A stretch of 63,931 nt of DNA, counting the filler, from Octopus bimaculoides (lineage: Eukaryota), in NCBI RefSeq assembly GCF_001194135.2. It is 6 parts of 6 records of this genome, joined end to end, with 100 filler letters (N's around TTAATTAATTAA, not from the genome) between each part and the next. Parts side by side here need not be neighbours in the genome. Positions count along the whole stretch, not along the records: positions 9,401 to 38,789 come from NC_068989.1; 5 more parts are not named here. One strand, written 5' to 3'. The notes beneath the pieces were generated by a model, which saw only the letters and a program-made list of their open reading frames with translations, was not told the DNA's origin and made no database searches. The position numbers and the translations under genes were made by a program. Below are positions 12,035 to 23,544 of the stretch, piece after piece; the first letter of the stretch is position 1; the number at the start of each line of letters is the position of its first letter.

Positions 12035-12410
12035 ATAGTCGCAGGCGTGGCTGTGTGGTAAGAAACTTGCTTCCCAACCACGTGGTTTCGGGTTCAGTCC
12101 CACTACGTGGCACCTTGGGCGAGTGTCTTCAACTATAGACTCTGGCCGACAAAGGCCTTGAGAGTGGATCTGGTAGACAAACTGAAAAAAAGCGCATCGT
12201 ATATATAACTACACACGCACATACACACACATACATACATATATATATATATATATATGCATATATATATATATATATATTTGTGTGCCTGTGTTTTTCA
12301 CCCCACCGTCGCTTGACAACCGAAGTTTGTGTGTTCATGTCCCCTTAACTTAGCGGTTCAGAAAGAAGAAACCGATAGAATAAGTACTAGGCTCCCAAAG
12401 AATAAGTTGC
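12035..12410 (+). mobile_element. tRNA-derived SINE, family A (near full length)
   Basis: Head gcaggcgtggctgtgtggtaag...ggttcagtcccact carries Pol III A/B-box-like motifs. The same family occurs at 14901-15290 (-), 16930-17160, 35957-36290, 38890-39025 (-), 39745-39830 (-) and 59582-59745. Confidence 0.85.
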
Positions 12411-12800
12411 ATCGCTTTCACCTCCAGTCTGGTACAATTACACAGACGGAGTGGATCCATATTCCTGAGCAGCATGATCTGGGACCCCTTTTTAAGTGTT
12501 GAGTTGTGAGGTGGTATCCCAGATGGCTGTAGAAAGTTCAGGAACTCAGTTGGTAAAACTACAGCTTGGTTCTGATCAATGAATGTCGATGGATTTGAAA
12601 GTCTGTTCTTGTCCTGGTAACAGCTGCAAGAGAACCATATTGATTTTGTCGACAGTACTATTACGTGGAGCTATGATGGCTCGCTTACATAGCCACTGAC
12701 TGTTGCTAAAGTGTTGTGCAGTGTTTGAAAATACATGCATTTTGAGGTCATTGACATTTGGTACCATCTCACCAAAGAGTTGTTTGTGTTGTTGTTGCAG
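12411..12800 (-). mobile_element. Helitron PIF1-type helicase fragment
   Basis: WLCKRAIIAPRNSTVDKIN..LL..LPG....FKSID followed by PTEFLNFLQPSGIPPHN..LKKG.QIMLLRNMDP.RLCN. Confidence 0.85.
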
Positions 12801-12801
12801 T

Positions 12802-13219
12802 TCTCCATATAAATGAAAGCAAAGTGTGTATCAAATGAAATTAAAATCCTGGTTCAGTGACAGATCGATCAAGTTAGTAAAGTTTTAAAATTTTTGGTAA
12901 CAGTATATTCTCTCTTCTAATTAAATATTGCAAAAGAGAGAAAATGTTATCCTCCCTTTTGCAAGAGAAATTAAGTCAACTTGGCTCGTGTAAGGTGCAT
13001 GACATCGCCTCTAACCCGTTCCAGTGTCTAATATGTACATGTACGACCTTTAGACCTTTATGAAGGGTGAATAATAGGAAGGTTAAGGGGGATGGTCAGG
13101 AAAGGGGGAGAGGGTTGGGAAGGCAGTATAATTGAGAAGAGTATAGGGAAGGATATAGAAGGGGCCCTCAGCTCCCCCCCCCCTCTGGGAGGGAAGGTGT
13201 TGCCCCCTTTGCCGGCTAG
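12802..13219 (+). mobile_element. Candidate non-autonomous Helitron
   Basis: Begins TCTCCATATAAATG. Ends in a GC-rich subterminal segment followed by CTAG|T at 13216-13220. The expected 5' A of the A|T target is absent. Confidence 0.45.
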
Positions 13220-13420
13220 TATGTAATGTTAGTTATCAGCATACAATATTTTTTAATCTCTATCGAAGTATAACCTTTGTTTAGTGACAGATCAATCAAG
13301 TAACGTTTTATTGATGTTCGAATTAATTTTTCGCTTATGGAAAGTATTTGGGAAATTTGGGATATGGTCGCAGAAGTCATCTAGTGTTTTATTCCTACCT
13401 TTAGGTGGAAGATAATTACT

Positions 13421-14270
13421 TCAGCTTTTAACCATCTTTGTTGTTGTAGTCAGCTGTGCTTCCGTGAGTCGTAGTTTTCTGCAGAATTCCGAAATATTGT
13501 CTTTAATTTCATTCTGGTAAAATCTTCGTGGGGTTGGAGTAAATTTGAATCCTTTAGTTAGTATACTGATTTTTGTTGCAGAGAAAGTTTTCTTTGATAA
13601 ATTTATTACTTTGGGTTTCTCCTGTATGTTTTGTTCCAACGTGTGTCCCTGTTTCTCTCCACTCGGTCTAAAAAAATATTTACCGTAATTTGGTTGATGG
13701 AACTTAGTATTATTGTTATTAATTATATTAGGATTGTTTGGAGGTTGGTGTTGCTGTCTGGGTAACTTGGTTGGAAGTACGTGGTTCGGGTTTCTTCGTT
13801 GGATTAAATAGTCGGGGTGCTTAATTATGTTTGAGATGCTGAGGAGTTTGTTTTGCTGTTGGAGGGAATATGTTGAAATTCCGTAGGTTGAGTTTCTTCG
13901 ATGAGGGGTAAAAGAAGTTTCTTGGACGTCTCTATTTGCTGGGGAGAAATAATTACTCCTAACCCTAGCTTGGTTTCTTTTAGTAATTCTTATTAATGAG
14001 TTGTCCCTATTACTAGATTGAGAACGGTTTACTTCCAATGAGAAGTTAGTTTTGTGTGCTTGTGTTCTTTTAGATGTTTATAGTTTGATTTAGTTGGACG
14101 TTTATTTATTTCTGTAGATGTATTTGTTCTAGATTCTTTCAGGAAAGGGTTATCTGAAATGTAGTCTCTTTCGAACTGAGTTTCGTAACTAAAGAAGAAA
14201 TTATCACTGTTTTCCCACCGTTGCAGGGAAATCTTCCGACTCACAACTGTCTTTCCATACTTTTATAACA
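13421..14270 (-). mobile_element. Penelope-like element, 5' part of ORF
   Basis: VINLSKKTFSATKISILTKGFKFTPTP...EIKDNISEFCRKLRL is the conserved PLE pre-RT motif (VINLS...L.KGLKF.PTP). Confidence 0.8.
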
Positions 14271-14390
14271 GTTTAACCCCAGGAAGATTCTCCACCAGCT
14301 AATTATCGGTGCAACACTCTGCACCCTTTATATACAATATATTGATAGCAGGGAGTGCAAACCCATACTACCCTCTTGCAGCTAACAAGA

Positions 14391-14439
14391 TCGCGAGACT
14401 GACTCAGTTTCGAACTATTTGGCTCATCTTCAGTCGCGA
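14391..14439 (-). ncRNA. Type I hammerhead ribozyme motif (intact core)
   Basis: Minus strand reads TCGCGA-CTGAAGA-T-GAGC(CAAATA)GTTC-GAAA-CTGAGTCAG-TC^TCGCGA. This gives a 6-bp stem I, a 4-bp stem II, a near-palindromic stem III and a GUC cleavage triplet. Confidence 0.8.
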
Positions 14440-14520
14440 GTTGGAAATCAGTGATGGTCACTTTGTTTTACAATATATTGTTAGCAGAGGATTCTGGCTA
14501 TTGTTCTGGTGCATAAGTAC

Positions 14521-14570
14521 TCGCGACTGAAGATAAGCCAGAGAGATCGAAACTGAATCAGTCACGCAAT
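14521..14570 (+). ncRNA. Type I hammerhead motif, degenerate sister copy
   Basis: TCGCGA-CTGAAGA-ATAAGCCAGAGAGATC-GAAA-CTGAATCAG-TC^ACGCAA. Core nucleotides are intact, but stems I and II carry mismatches. Confidence 0.6.
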
Positions 14571-14900
14571 CCTGTTAGCTGCTAGAGAGTAGTAGGGGTT
14601 CACTCCCCCTGCTAACAATACATTGTATGTAAAGGGTGCAGAGTGTTGCACCGATAACCATTTGGCGGAGAATCTGCCTGGGGTTAAACTAGTAGTAACA
14701 TTCAACAGCCACTTTGATGTGGCGACTGGCTTTACTGTTTAGTATACGTTACTATTCTATCACTTCTTGAGATTTTATAGCTANNNNNNNNNNNNNNNNN
14801 NNNNNNNNNNNNNNNNNNNNNNNNNNNNNNNNNNNNNNNNNNNNNNNNNNNNNNNNNNNNNNNNNNNNNNNNNNNNNNNATATATATATATATATATATA

Positions 14901-15290
14901 CTCTTTTTACTCTTTTACTTGTTTCAGTCATTTGACTGCGGCCATGCTGGAGCACCGCCTTTAGTCGAGCAAATCAACCCCGGGACTTATTATTTGTAAG
15001 CCCAGTAATTATTCTATCGGTCTCTTTTGCCGAACCGCTAATTGACGGGGACATAAACACACCAGCATCGGTTGTCAAGCAATGCTAGGGGGACAAACAC
15101 AGACACACAAACAAACACGCACATATATATATATATATNNNNNNNNNNAAATCCACTCACAAGGCTTTGGTCGGCTCGAGGCTATAGTAGAAGACACTTG
15201 CCCAAGGTGCCACGCAGTGGGACTGAACCCGGAACCATGTGGTCGGTAAGCAAGCTACTTACCACACAGCCACTACTTACCACACAGCCA
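14901..15290 (-). mobile_element. tRNA-derived SINE, family A
   Basis: Reverse complement of the family A consensus seen at 12035 and 35957, including the ...gactgaaacaagtaaaagagt tail. Confidence 0.85.
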
Positions 15291-15877
15291 ATAATATTAA
15301 TAAGCTAACATTTTGTTTTTGTAAATACCTGTTGTGTGCGCCACACTTCAAAGACGTGGCAAAGCGAAAGAGAAGAGGACAGAGAGGAAGTAAGAGAGAA
15401 AGAGAGAGAGTAAGAGAGAAAGTGAGAGAGTGAGAGAGAAAGAGAGAGAGTGAAAGAGACAGTGATTGGTGACGGCGTTCGTTTTGTGTTTTTAAATGTT
15501 TATCACATTGCAACAGAAGTAGATACATAGATACATATACACATTGTTAAATCAAAAGTGGGAGAGAAGAGGAACACAAAGGAAGTGAAAGAGAAAGAGA
15601 GACAGTGAGAGAGACAGTAGATACATAAATCCAAAGAAAAGTTCATATATAGATATAAAGATGCAGCAAATATTGGCTATCAATTTCACTTTTCATTATC
15701 ACATGAGGATAAAATTAACTCACAAATGGCTGAGTACTCCACAGACATGTATAACATTAACGTAGTTCTCAGGGAGATTCGGTCTCACACTGAATATGAC
15801 AAGGCTGGCCCCTTTGAATTACAGCTACAACTCGAGACATATATATATATATATATATATGAATATATTTATGTGTG

Positions 15878-15930
<53 letters not shown>

Positions 15931-16029
15931 GTTAGTTAAAACATGTTTGCAATAATAAGTGTCGCGTGGTGGATATAATGCAATTACCAAACTTTCATTC
16001 ATAAATTTGCATTTCAATTTGTACATTTG

Positions 16030-16686
16030 TACCCGGAAATTTTCGACAACTGCACGCCAGAAGAAATGGAAAAACGAGTAATTTTATCTCCTAAAATTTC
16101 TGACTGTCTTGCAAAAAATGAAAAATTCTTATTATACCAGGGGCACTTAAAACGTACTTAAGCACAGATTCAGTATCCTGCAATAATGAACTCACTCACT
16201 CCATCCGGTATGCCTTCTCATCACCTCAACTTAAAAGAAGGGGCTATTGTAATGCTGCTAAGAAATTTTTTGATCAGTCAAGGATTATGTAATTGAACTC
16301 GCATGAAAGTGCAAAGATTTCATGATCATTGTGTAGAGGCATCATTGGTAACCGGCTCCAACAGAGGTCGTACAGTTCTAATTCCTTGAATTAAACCTAG
16401 CCCAAGTGATGCAAATATTCCATTCACACTAAACAGACTTCAGTTTCCATTTCGACTTGCATATTCAATGACAATTAATAAGGCTCAAGGGCAAACATTT
16501 GAAAAAGTTGGAATACGTTTGCCTCAACCGGTATTTTTTCATAGTCAATTATATGTCGCATTTTCAAGAGAACGAGCTATGAACAATATCAAAGTAAGAA
16601 TTATGACATTCAATTAGGTTAACAGACAAGGCCAAAAATGTGGTGTGACATACACACAAAATATTGTCTACCATGAAGTACTGTGA
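16030..16686 (+). mobile_element. Helitron PIF1-type helicase C-terminal fragment
   Basis: TPSGMPSHHLNLKEGAIVMLLRN...GLCN*TR...QFPFRLAYSMTINKAQGQTFEKVGIRLPQPVFFHSQLYVAFSR...TQNIVYHEVL*, with internal stops. Confidence 0.9.
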
Positions 16687-16868
16687 GGAAGACCACCGCA
16701 TCAACTAGCATCACCACCACGCCAGCCGCTCCATCATTACACATCCACATTACACCTTTAAAATCGAGGAACCAGTTAGGGGCCCGCTGGATCTCTCTCG
16801 GCATACCAGCAAGCCACAGAATCGCACCAACCAGCATCACCACTACCTCTAAGCCCGTCATTTATATG

Positions 16869-16902
<34 letters not shown>

Positions 16903-17314
16903 TGTATGTATGTATGTATGTACGTATGTATGCGTGTGTGTGTGTGTTTGTGTCTGTGTTTATCCCTCCACCTCCATTGCTTGAAAACCGATGTCGGTGC
17001 GTTTGCGTCCCTGTAATTTAGCTGTTCAGCAGAAGAGACTGATAGAGTAAGCACCAGGCTAACAGGGAATAAGTCCAGGGGTCAATTTCTTCGACTAAAG
17101 AGTGGTGCTCCAGCATGGCCACCGTCAAATGACTGAAACAAGTCAAATGATAAAAGAATACCAGAAAAACGTTCCGCACCACTAAACTAAGAAGGTTCTC
17201 TGGCTATGGTTGATGTATTTTTATGTTACATTGTAATTCCGTTTACTTTTGTGTAACAGATATTTTGGTTGGATTACATAGTTATTGATGTTACATTGTA
17301 ACTATCACAATATA

Positions 17315-17465
17315 GTTTTCTAGGCCTGAAATTTTTGTTGGGAGGGGGCCAGTTGATTAGATCCTTCCAGTACACAACTGGTACTTAATTTATCGACCCC
17401 GAAAGGACGAAAGGTAAAGTCGACCTCGGCATAATTTGAACTCGGAACGTAAAGACAGACCGTCA
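17315..17465 (-). mobile_element. tRNA-derived SINE, family B fragment
   Basis: Contains ggcctgaaatttt...tatcgaccccgaaagg...gtcgacctcggc. The same family occurs at 50912-51344, 51875-52080, 57540-58280 (three copies), 59500-59570 and 63400-63560. Confidence 0.8.
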
Positions 17466-17583
17466 TAATATGCAAACATTTCTCATGGCACCAGTACACT
17501 GTTTACAGATTCTTACATTTTTTATGTTTTCCGTGAATTTTTCACGGGTCCAGCTAGTATATATAATTGCCTGAATATTTGAA

Positions 17584-17651
<68 letters not shown>

Positions 17652-18252
17652 TGATATCAAAAATGCAGAGTTATACACCTTCCCAAAACGAAGGTGCGTG
17701 TGCGTGTGCGTGTGTATAAGAGAGCATGTATGTGCGTGTGGAAGAGGGCTGGTGACCTTGACGTGTGCGTGTGTGCATGTATAGGTGTGTGGATGATGGT
17801 GTTTCTTATCAGAGCGTGGAGATGGAGAGAAGCTATGGTAATAGGGGTGGGGTAAGAACCAGAAAGGAAGAGGGGAAAAGAAAAGAGAGTAAAAGAAAGA
17901 AAATGCCTAAAAGAAAAGAAAAAGGGAAAAGAAAGAAAAGAAAACTAGAAAAAATTATTTTCCCTTTTTATTTCTTTTTTCTATTTTTCCTTTTCTTTTA
18001 TTCTTTCATTTACTTTGTCATCCACCCCTTTTTCTTCTTCCTCTTTCTTCTCCTTGTTTCTTCCTTTCCCTCCCAACTCATCATACTTTCTCTCCGTCAC
18101 CATATAGAAAGAAAACTATATATATAGATGAGCAAATTCTATCAATTTTCACTCAAAACTTGCTTGACTATCTTGTGTCCCGACAAGTAAAACTCAGAGT
18201 GGAAAGAGGTTAACTCGAAATAAAATAATGAATGAATGAATGAATGAATTTG

Positions 18253-18284
<32 letters not shown>

Positions 18285-19099
18285 TGCATGTATGTATGTA
18301 TGCATTTATGTATGTATGTATGTATGTATGTATGCATACATGAATGCTTGAATGAATGTATGTACGTATGCATGCATGCATGCTTGTATGTAAGTACGTA
18401 TGCTTGTATGTAAGTATGTATGTATATCCGAACATACGTATGTATGCATATATGTGAATGTATGTACGCACACGCACACGCACACGCACACACTCTTTGA
18501 AGTTCTTTCACTTTCTCTCTGCCAAATGATTCAGAAAGTTTTGGTTAGCCCACGGTTAATGAAGAAGACACCTGAATATCATACCTCGTAATGGGACTGA
18601 ACCCAGGACATGTAGCTGGGAAGCTTCTTAATCTTACTACTACACCTACATACAAATGATAGGACAAAATATCGCGATGATAATGACGATATATGCGTGC
18701 ATATATAGGTGTTTTTTATGGGTTTGTTTATAGGTATGTATATAGGTGCGCTTATAGGTACGTATGACATTAAGTTTTCAGAAATATTTGCAAGGATTAG
18801 TGGTTAAGAAGATTGCTTTTCAGCCACAGGCCAACTAATACCTTGTGAGCGATTCTGATAGCCGGAAATTGTGTGGAAATTCATTGTGTGTGTGTATATA
18901 AATATATGTATATGTGTGCAACTGTGTCACTCAAGAGCAGTGGAAAATGGCTAGTGTCATTCCTCAATTAAAAAAAAGTGGGATTGCACGTCACCCCTCA
19001 ACAACCGTCCAATCAGTCTTACTAGCTGCATCACCTTATTAATGAAGTCCTCTGTCAGTGAAACACTCTGGAACTTCTGGAGCTCTCATAATCTTATCC

Positions 19100-20142
19100 G
19101 ACCCTCAGAATCACTGATTGCGGCTCATGAGTGGATCTGTGTCACACAAACAGCCTATGGCAAAACTCTCTGCAATGGATGAGTAAGATGATCTCTATAA
19201 CTGGTTGAAGTCCTTCATCCTCGATCGAAAAGAGGTAGTCACAGTTCTAGGACAACATTCACACTATGAGATGACATCTGGTGTGCTGCAAGGATCTATT
19301 CTTGGACCCCTGTTGTTTGATGCATGTATTAATGATATATATGCCAATTTGAAGAATGTTACAGAGTTGAAATATATAAATTACATTAAATTTTACCTTG
19401 AGATAACAGAAATAGATCTTATACACTATAGATCTTTCCTGCAATTAAATCTAGCATTGGATTTCCAACTGGCAACTCAATTTGGTTATGGACAAGTGCA
19501 TCACCATGTAATTTGGGAGAAAAACCCAGCTTTTACATGCTCCCCCAACAGCACCAATCCTAACAAGTATGTTAGTGAACGTGATATGGGTGCTATTATC
19601 AACAACAATTTGTATTGGACAAATTACATGTCTAAGATTGTCAAGAAGGCTGAGAGTGTCTCAGTATCACTCAGTAAGACCTATGTCAGCCAATCTACAG
19701 CTGTTTATTTAAAGCTGCACATGTCTATGGTAGTCAACACTTAGAGTTTGCATCACCAGTTTAGAACTTTTATCGTTTTCGGCATATCAGTCTCCTGGTA
19801 ACTGTCCAGAAACGTACAAACAGACGAATATCTACCGTACACTCAACATCTTGCTTTCCTGAACATGGACACATTAAAGTTCTAACGTCGGGCAACTGAC
19901 ATGCTAGATACCTACAAGATTATCCATTATCTTTCCTACAACGTTTGGCATTCCATAAATCGAACACTTGTGGACATGCTTACAGAATCAAAAGACAACA
20001 ACACAGCACCCATTATTTTCGGAAACTTTTTTTTACGCTCAGAATTGTGGAAGCATGGAATAAATTACCTCTATCAGTTATCAGCTATCAAGTCACTACG
20101 TCCTTCAAAATTTCTATGCTTCCTGAAATTCGCTTGCAGTAA
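19100..20142 (+). mobile_element. CR1-clade LINE, 5'-truncated 3' fragment
   Basis: TSGVLQGSILGPLLF...INDI, a decayed FADD (KYINY), ERDMGAII, LEFASPV, and the C-terminal GHAYRI...FFTLRIVEAWNKLP. Confidence 0.85.
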
Positions 20143-20474
20143 ACCTGATGCCCCCTACCCCTATTTCTGCTTCTTCCTTTTTTTTTCTAAAAGACTCTTA
20201 CGCTGTTCACTTCCTGTGCATATTCTATGTACTGTTCATACAGTTTTGGATACTTTTTCTGATGAGTTGGAGTGCACCTGAGCACTATATAAAATAAGTT
20301 CATTATCATTATATAAATATGTCTGTGCATATATATATATAATGAAGAAATAAGTGATATAGATATCCACTTTATACAACACAACCAATTAGCGCTCTGA
20401 TAGAGCTTCAGGCATATAAAATTAAGAAGAAAAGGAAACACCATTTCTTCTAAAGCTTTAACCTTGTGATTCTA

Positions 20475-20566
20475 TTAACTCTGATGAGAGAAATATAGAG
20501 TATTGCGACGGTTGGAGTTAGCTCGCCGATAGCAACCTATATCTTTTCGAAACGGCCGTAAGACTT
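20475..20566 (+). ncRNA. Type I hammerhead ribozyme motif with extended stem II
   Basis: CTGATGA at 20481-20487; stem II GAGAAATATAG/CTATATCTTTTC (11 bp, one bulge) closes a further foldable insert; GAAA at 20549-20552; palindrome ACGGCCGT; GUA^ at 20560. Stem I is weak (CT/AG, then a bulge). Confidence 0.75.
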
Positions 20567-20928
20567 TATACATAGACTTTATACATGTTCCAGATTCCTT
20601 ATGAATCATTTTACATTCGCTTTATCATCCTCTTCATTGATTCAAATTTGAACATTTGGACATCGCAAGTACATTTATGGACTTATATTTTTATATATTT
20701 ATATTTATGAATTTTTATGTGTTTAGAAATTTTTATATGTCCATGAATTTTTATATATTTAAAAATTTTCGTGTATATGTATTTATAAATTCTTAGAAAT
20801 TTTTCATATATCAAATAGATGAATGCATCTATGTATGTATTTTGTATATCATGGAGAATTTCGTTAATATTCATTTATGAATATATACATAGACCTTTGA
20901 ATTTTTTCACTCCTCTTTAATTATATAC

Positions 20929-21001
<73 letters not shown>

Positions 21002-21440
21002 GTACATACATGTGTGTGTGTTTGTATTTCTTCCCCTTCACACACCACTTGGCGATTGGTGTTGGTACATTTATATCCCAGCATCTTATTAATACGGCAA
21101 AAGAGAACGATAAAGTAATTACCAAACTTTTAGCAAGTATGTACAGTTACTGACTTGTTAGACAAAACCCAACAAGAAAGTACTCTTAGTATGACCGCAG
21201 TGAAACGATTGAAACAAGCAAAAATGAAAAATAAAAGAAGAAAACAGTGTTTTTCAAATGAAGTTACTTATAAATTTATTCAGCATCAAATACATCAAAT
21301 ATTGCCTTATTATTTTCACCATCAGAAGCACAATGAATTTGTGATTGTTCGGTCTGTAACCAACAGTACAGCTGTTCACAATCTGCGATATTAATTTTTG
21401 AAAACAAACAATATATATATTGATCAGACCATATATATAT

Positions 21441-22314
21441 ATGGTCTGATCAATAAGTATCAGGACTGTTGCTATAGTAACGAAACTAAAGCACACAGAG
21501 TAAATCTGCTTGGCACAGAATGAACTTGAACTCTGCTGTACATTTAACGTTCAAGCTCACTTCCGCTACTTACAGTAGTGCTTGGAAGTAACGTGTGTAG
21601 TGTGTGATCATCGCATTTACCATGGCAGAGAAGGTTGAGCAGAGAATCTGCATCAAAATTTGCCAAAAGCTTGGGAATACCTGCTCAGAGGCCTACGCAA
21701 AGGTTTCAAAAAGTTTTCATTGTTCTCGACACAATCAAGGAGATCTCGTGCAACTGAAACCCGTGTGTTTCTTTTTTGTCAGCTGAAAGCAGTTTGGCAC
21801 AAACCTAGTAGACATGCGTCTCATATCCAAATCTTCAGTAATAATGGACTGCACTAAACCATAACTAATCTTCACATCCTCTGATAACTCACGGATGCTG
21901 ATTCGACGATTTCCCCTCACATCTGCACGCACATCTGCGATGTTTTTCTCAGTTTTGCTTGTTGCAGATCTCCCAGAGCGTTTGTCAATATCGACATTTT
22001 TCGGCCATCTTGGAAACGTCTGAACCACTCGTACAATTGTGTGCAGCTCATACACTCCTCTCCATACACTTTCTGCAACTTTGCGTAGGCCTCTCAGCAG
22101 GTATCGCCATGACAACTTTCTCTGTCATGGTCAATGCGACGATCCTACATTACTTCGAAGCACAGCTGTAAACAGTGGAAGTGAGCTAGAATGTAAAAAC
22201 TTAGTGCGCATGCACAGCAGAGTTGAAGATCAATCGGTGCCAAGCGGCTTTACACTGCCTACTTTAGTTCGTTACTATGGCAACAGTCCGGATACTTATT
22301 GACCAGACTTCGTA
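21441..22314. mobile_element. Mariner-derived non-autonomous element built from two opposed 5' ends
   Basis: TIR ggtctg(a/g)tcaataagtatc at both ends. The left arm encodes MAEKVEQRICIKICQKLGNTCSEAYAK (+). The right arm encodes the homologous N-terminus through ...RRISIRELSEDVKISYGLVQSIITEDLDMRRMSTRFVP (-). No catalytic domain. Confidence 0.85.
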
Positions 22315-22587
22315 TTTCTGTTGCTATAGTGGCAACATGGAATTCTTTCATCCTCTAGGTCTGGTAATATATTTGAGAACAATTATATTAATATATCTTA
22401 TCTGTTGAAAATCCACATTTTTTGCAACTAAAGATGACACTGTATTTAAATTGATGTAATGCTTGCATTGTTCGATTAAATGGAGCCGCCTGAAACGGTC
22501 GTATTGCATTAATACCTGAAATCCTGTTGCTTATTTGATTATATATATATATATANNNNNNNNNNTATATATATACAGCAATATATT

Positions 22588-22884
22588 TTAACTAACTTTA
22601 ACCATATGAACGTTGTAACATTTGGTCAACAGAATATCTCTATCACTTATATATAAGCAAGCTTTATTCTTTCCTATCGAGAATATTCGGAAGTTAAAAT
22701 CCATCAATTTCTTGACAACATTAAGGGCATTGCGGTGAACGTTCCACTTCGATGCTGCAGAAAAATGTGAGTGAAATTCGACTAGTAACTGTTTCACGTG
22801 ATCTAATTCACCGTCATACATTGCCTTAATCAAGGAGTTCCATTCATCGTTTTCTACATCCATTTTCAAGATAGATATGTTCTT
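22588..22884 (-). CDS. METTL24: METTL24-like methyltransferase, terminal coding exon
   Basis: Acceptor tattttcattcttcAG; phase 0; KNISILKMDVENDEWNSLIKAMYDGELDHVKQLLVEFH...DFNFRIF...CYNVHMVKVS* matches the family LKxDIE.xEW...QLxxExH motif. Confidence 0.88.
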   Translation of the reverse strand, partial: KNISILKMDVENDEWNSLIKAMYDGELDHVKQLLVEFHSHFSAASKWNVHRNALNVVKKLMDFNFRIFSIGKNKACLYISDRDILLTKCYNVHMVKVS

Positions 22885-23544
22885 CTGAAGAATGAAAATA
22901 TAAGGAAATTAAAGAAGCTGTTAATTAAACATGATTTGTTAAAATAAATAAAGGATGATACATAGATAGCTAAAAGGAGAGATAGAAATAGTAGATAAGA
23001 AAGAAAGAAAGAAACAAACAAACAAACAAACAAACGAACGAACAAACAAAGAAAAAATAGAAGGGAGAAAGAAATACAGAAATAGAAAGCAATGAGGAAG
23101 AAAGGAAAGAGGAAAACAAAATGAAAATGAAAGAAAGAAACAAAGAATGAATGAAGAGATGAATGAATGAATGAATGAATGAATGAATGAAAAAGTGTTT
23201 TTATGAAGTAGGTTTTTCTTTTGTTTCTTTTACTAGCCCATTATGTTTGGAACAATAGTGTTGCTAAATCTATTAGTCTTTTACATTCTTGTTAGCCTCA
23301 TCATCACAATAAAACGATGATAATTCTGAGTTCCAGTTTGTTGATTGTTCATCAGAAGAGAGGTACGTTATTTCTTTTCCCAAACAGAATGAAATGATAA
23401 AAGGGATAATATATGCACATCCTTGACAGTAAGTTGCTAAGAATTATGGTAATACTACTGTCAGAAATAAAATAATCAACTCCATACATAAATCTGGTAG
23501 ATTTTAGGGTTTATTTTGCATGTAATGAATCTTCGCCTTGAATC

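Larger units (their letters stand above)
14271..14690. mobile_element. ~420-bp foldback element with ~175-bp inverted arms, each carrying a hammerhead motif
   Basis: The left arm 14271-14441 is the reverse complement of the right arm ~14519-14690, with ends AGTTTAACCCCAGG.../...CCTGGGGTTAAACT. The spacer repeats part of the arm (tacaatatattg-tagcag). Confidence 0.85.

Noticed and set aside
17850-18110. Purine tract followed by a pyrimidine tract (imperfect hairpin or triplex; 120-aa K/F-rich ORF at 17765-18127)
   Set aside because: Low-complexity pairing only, with no specific inverted repeat. The ORF is compositional noise.
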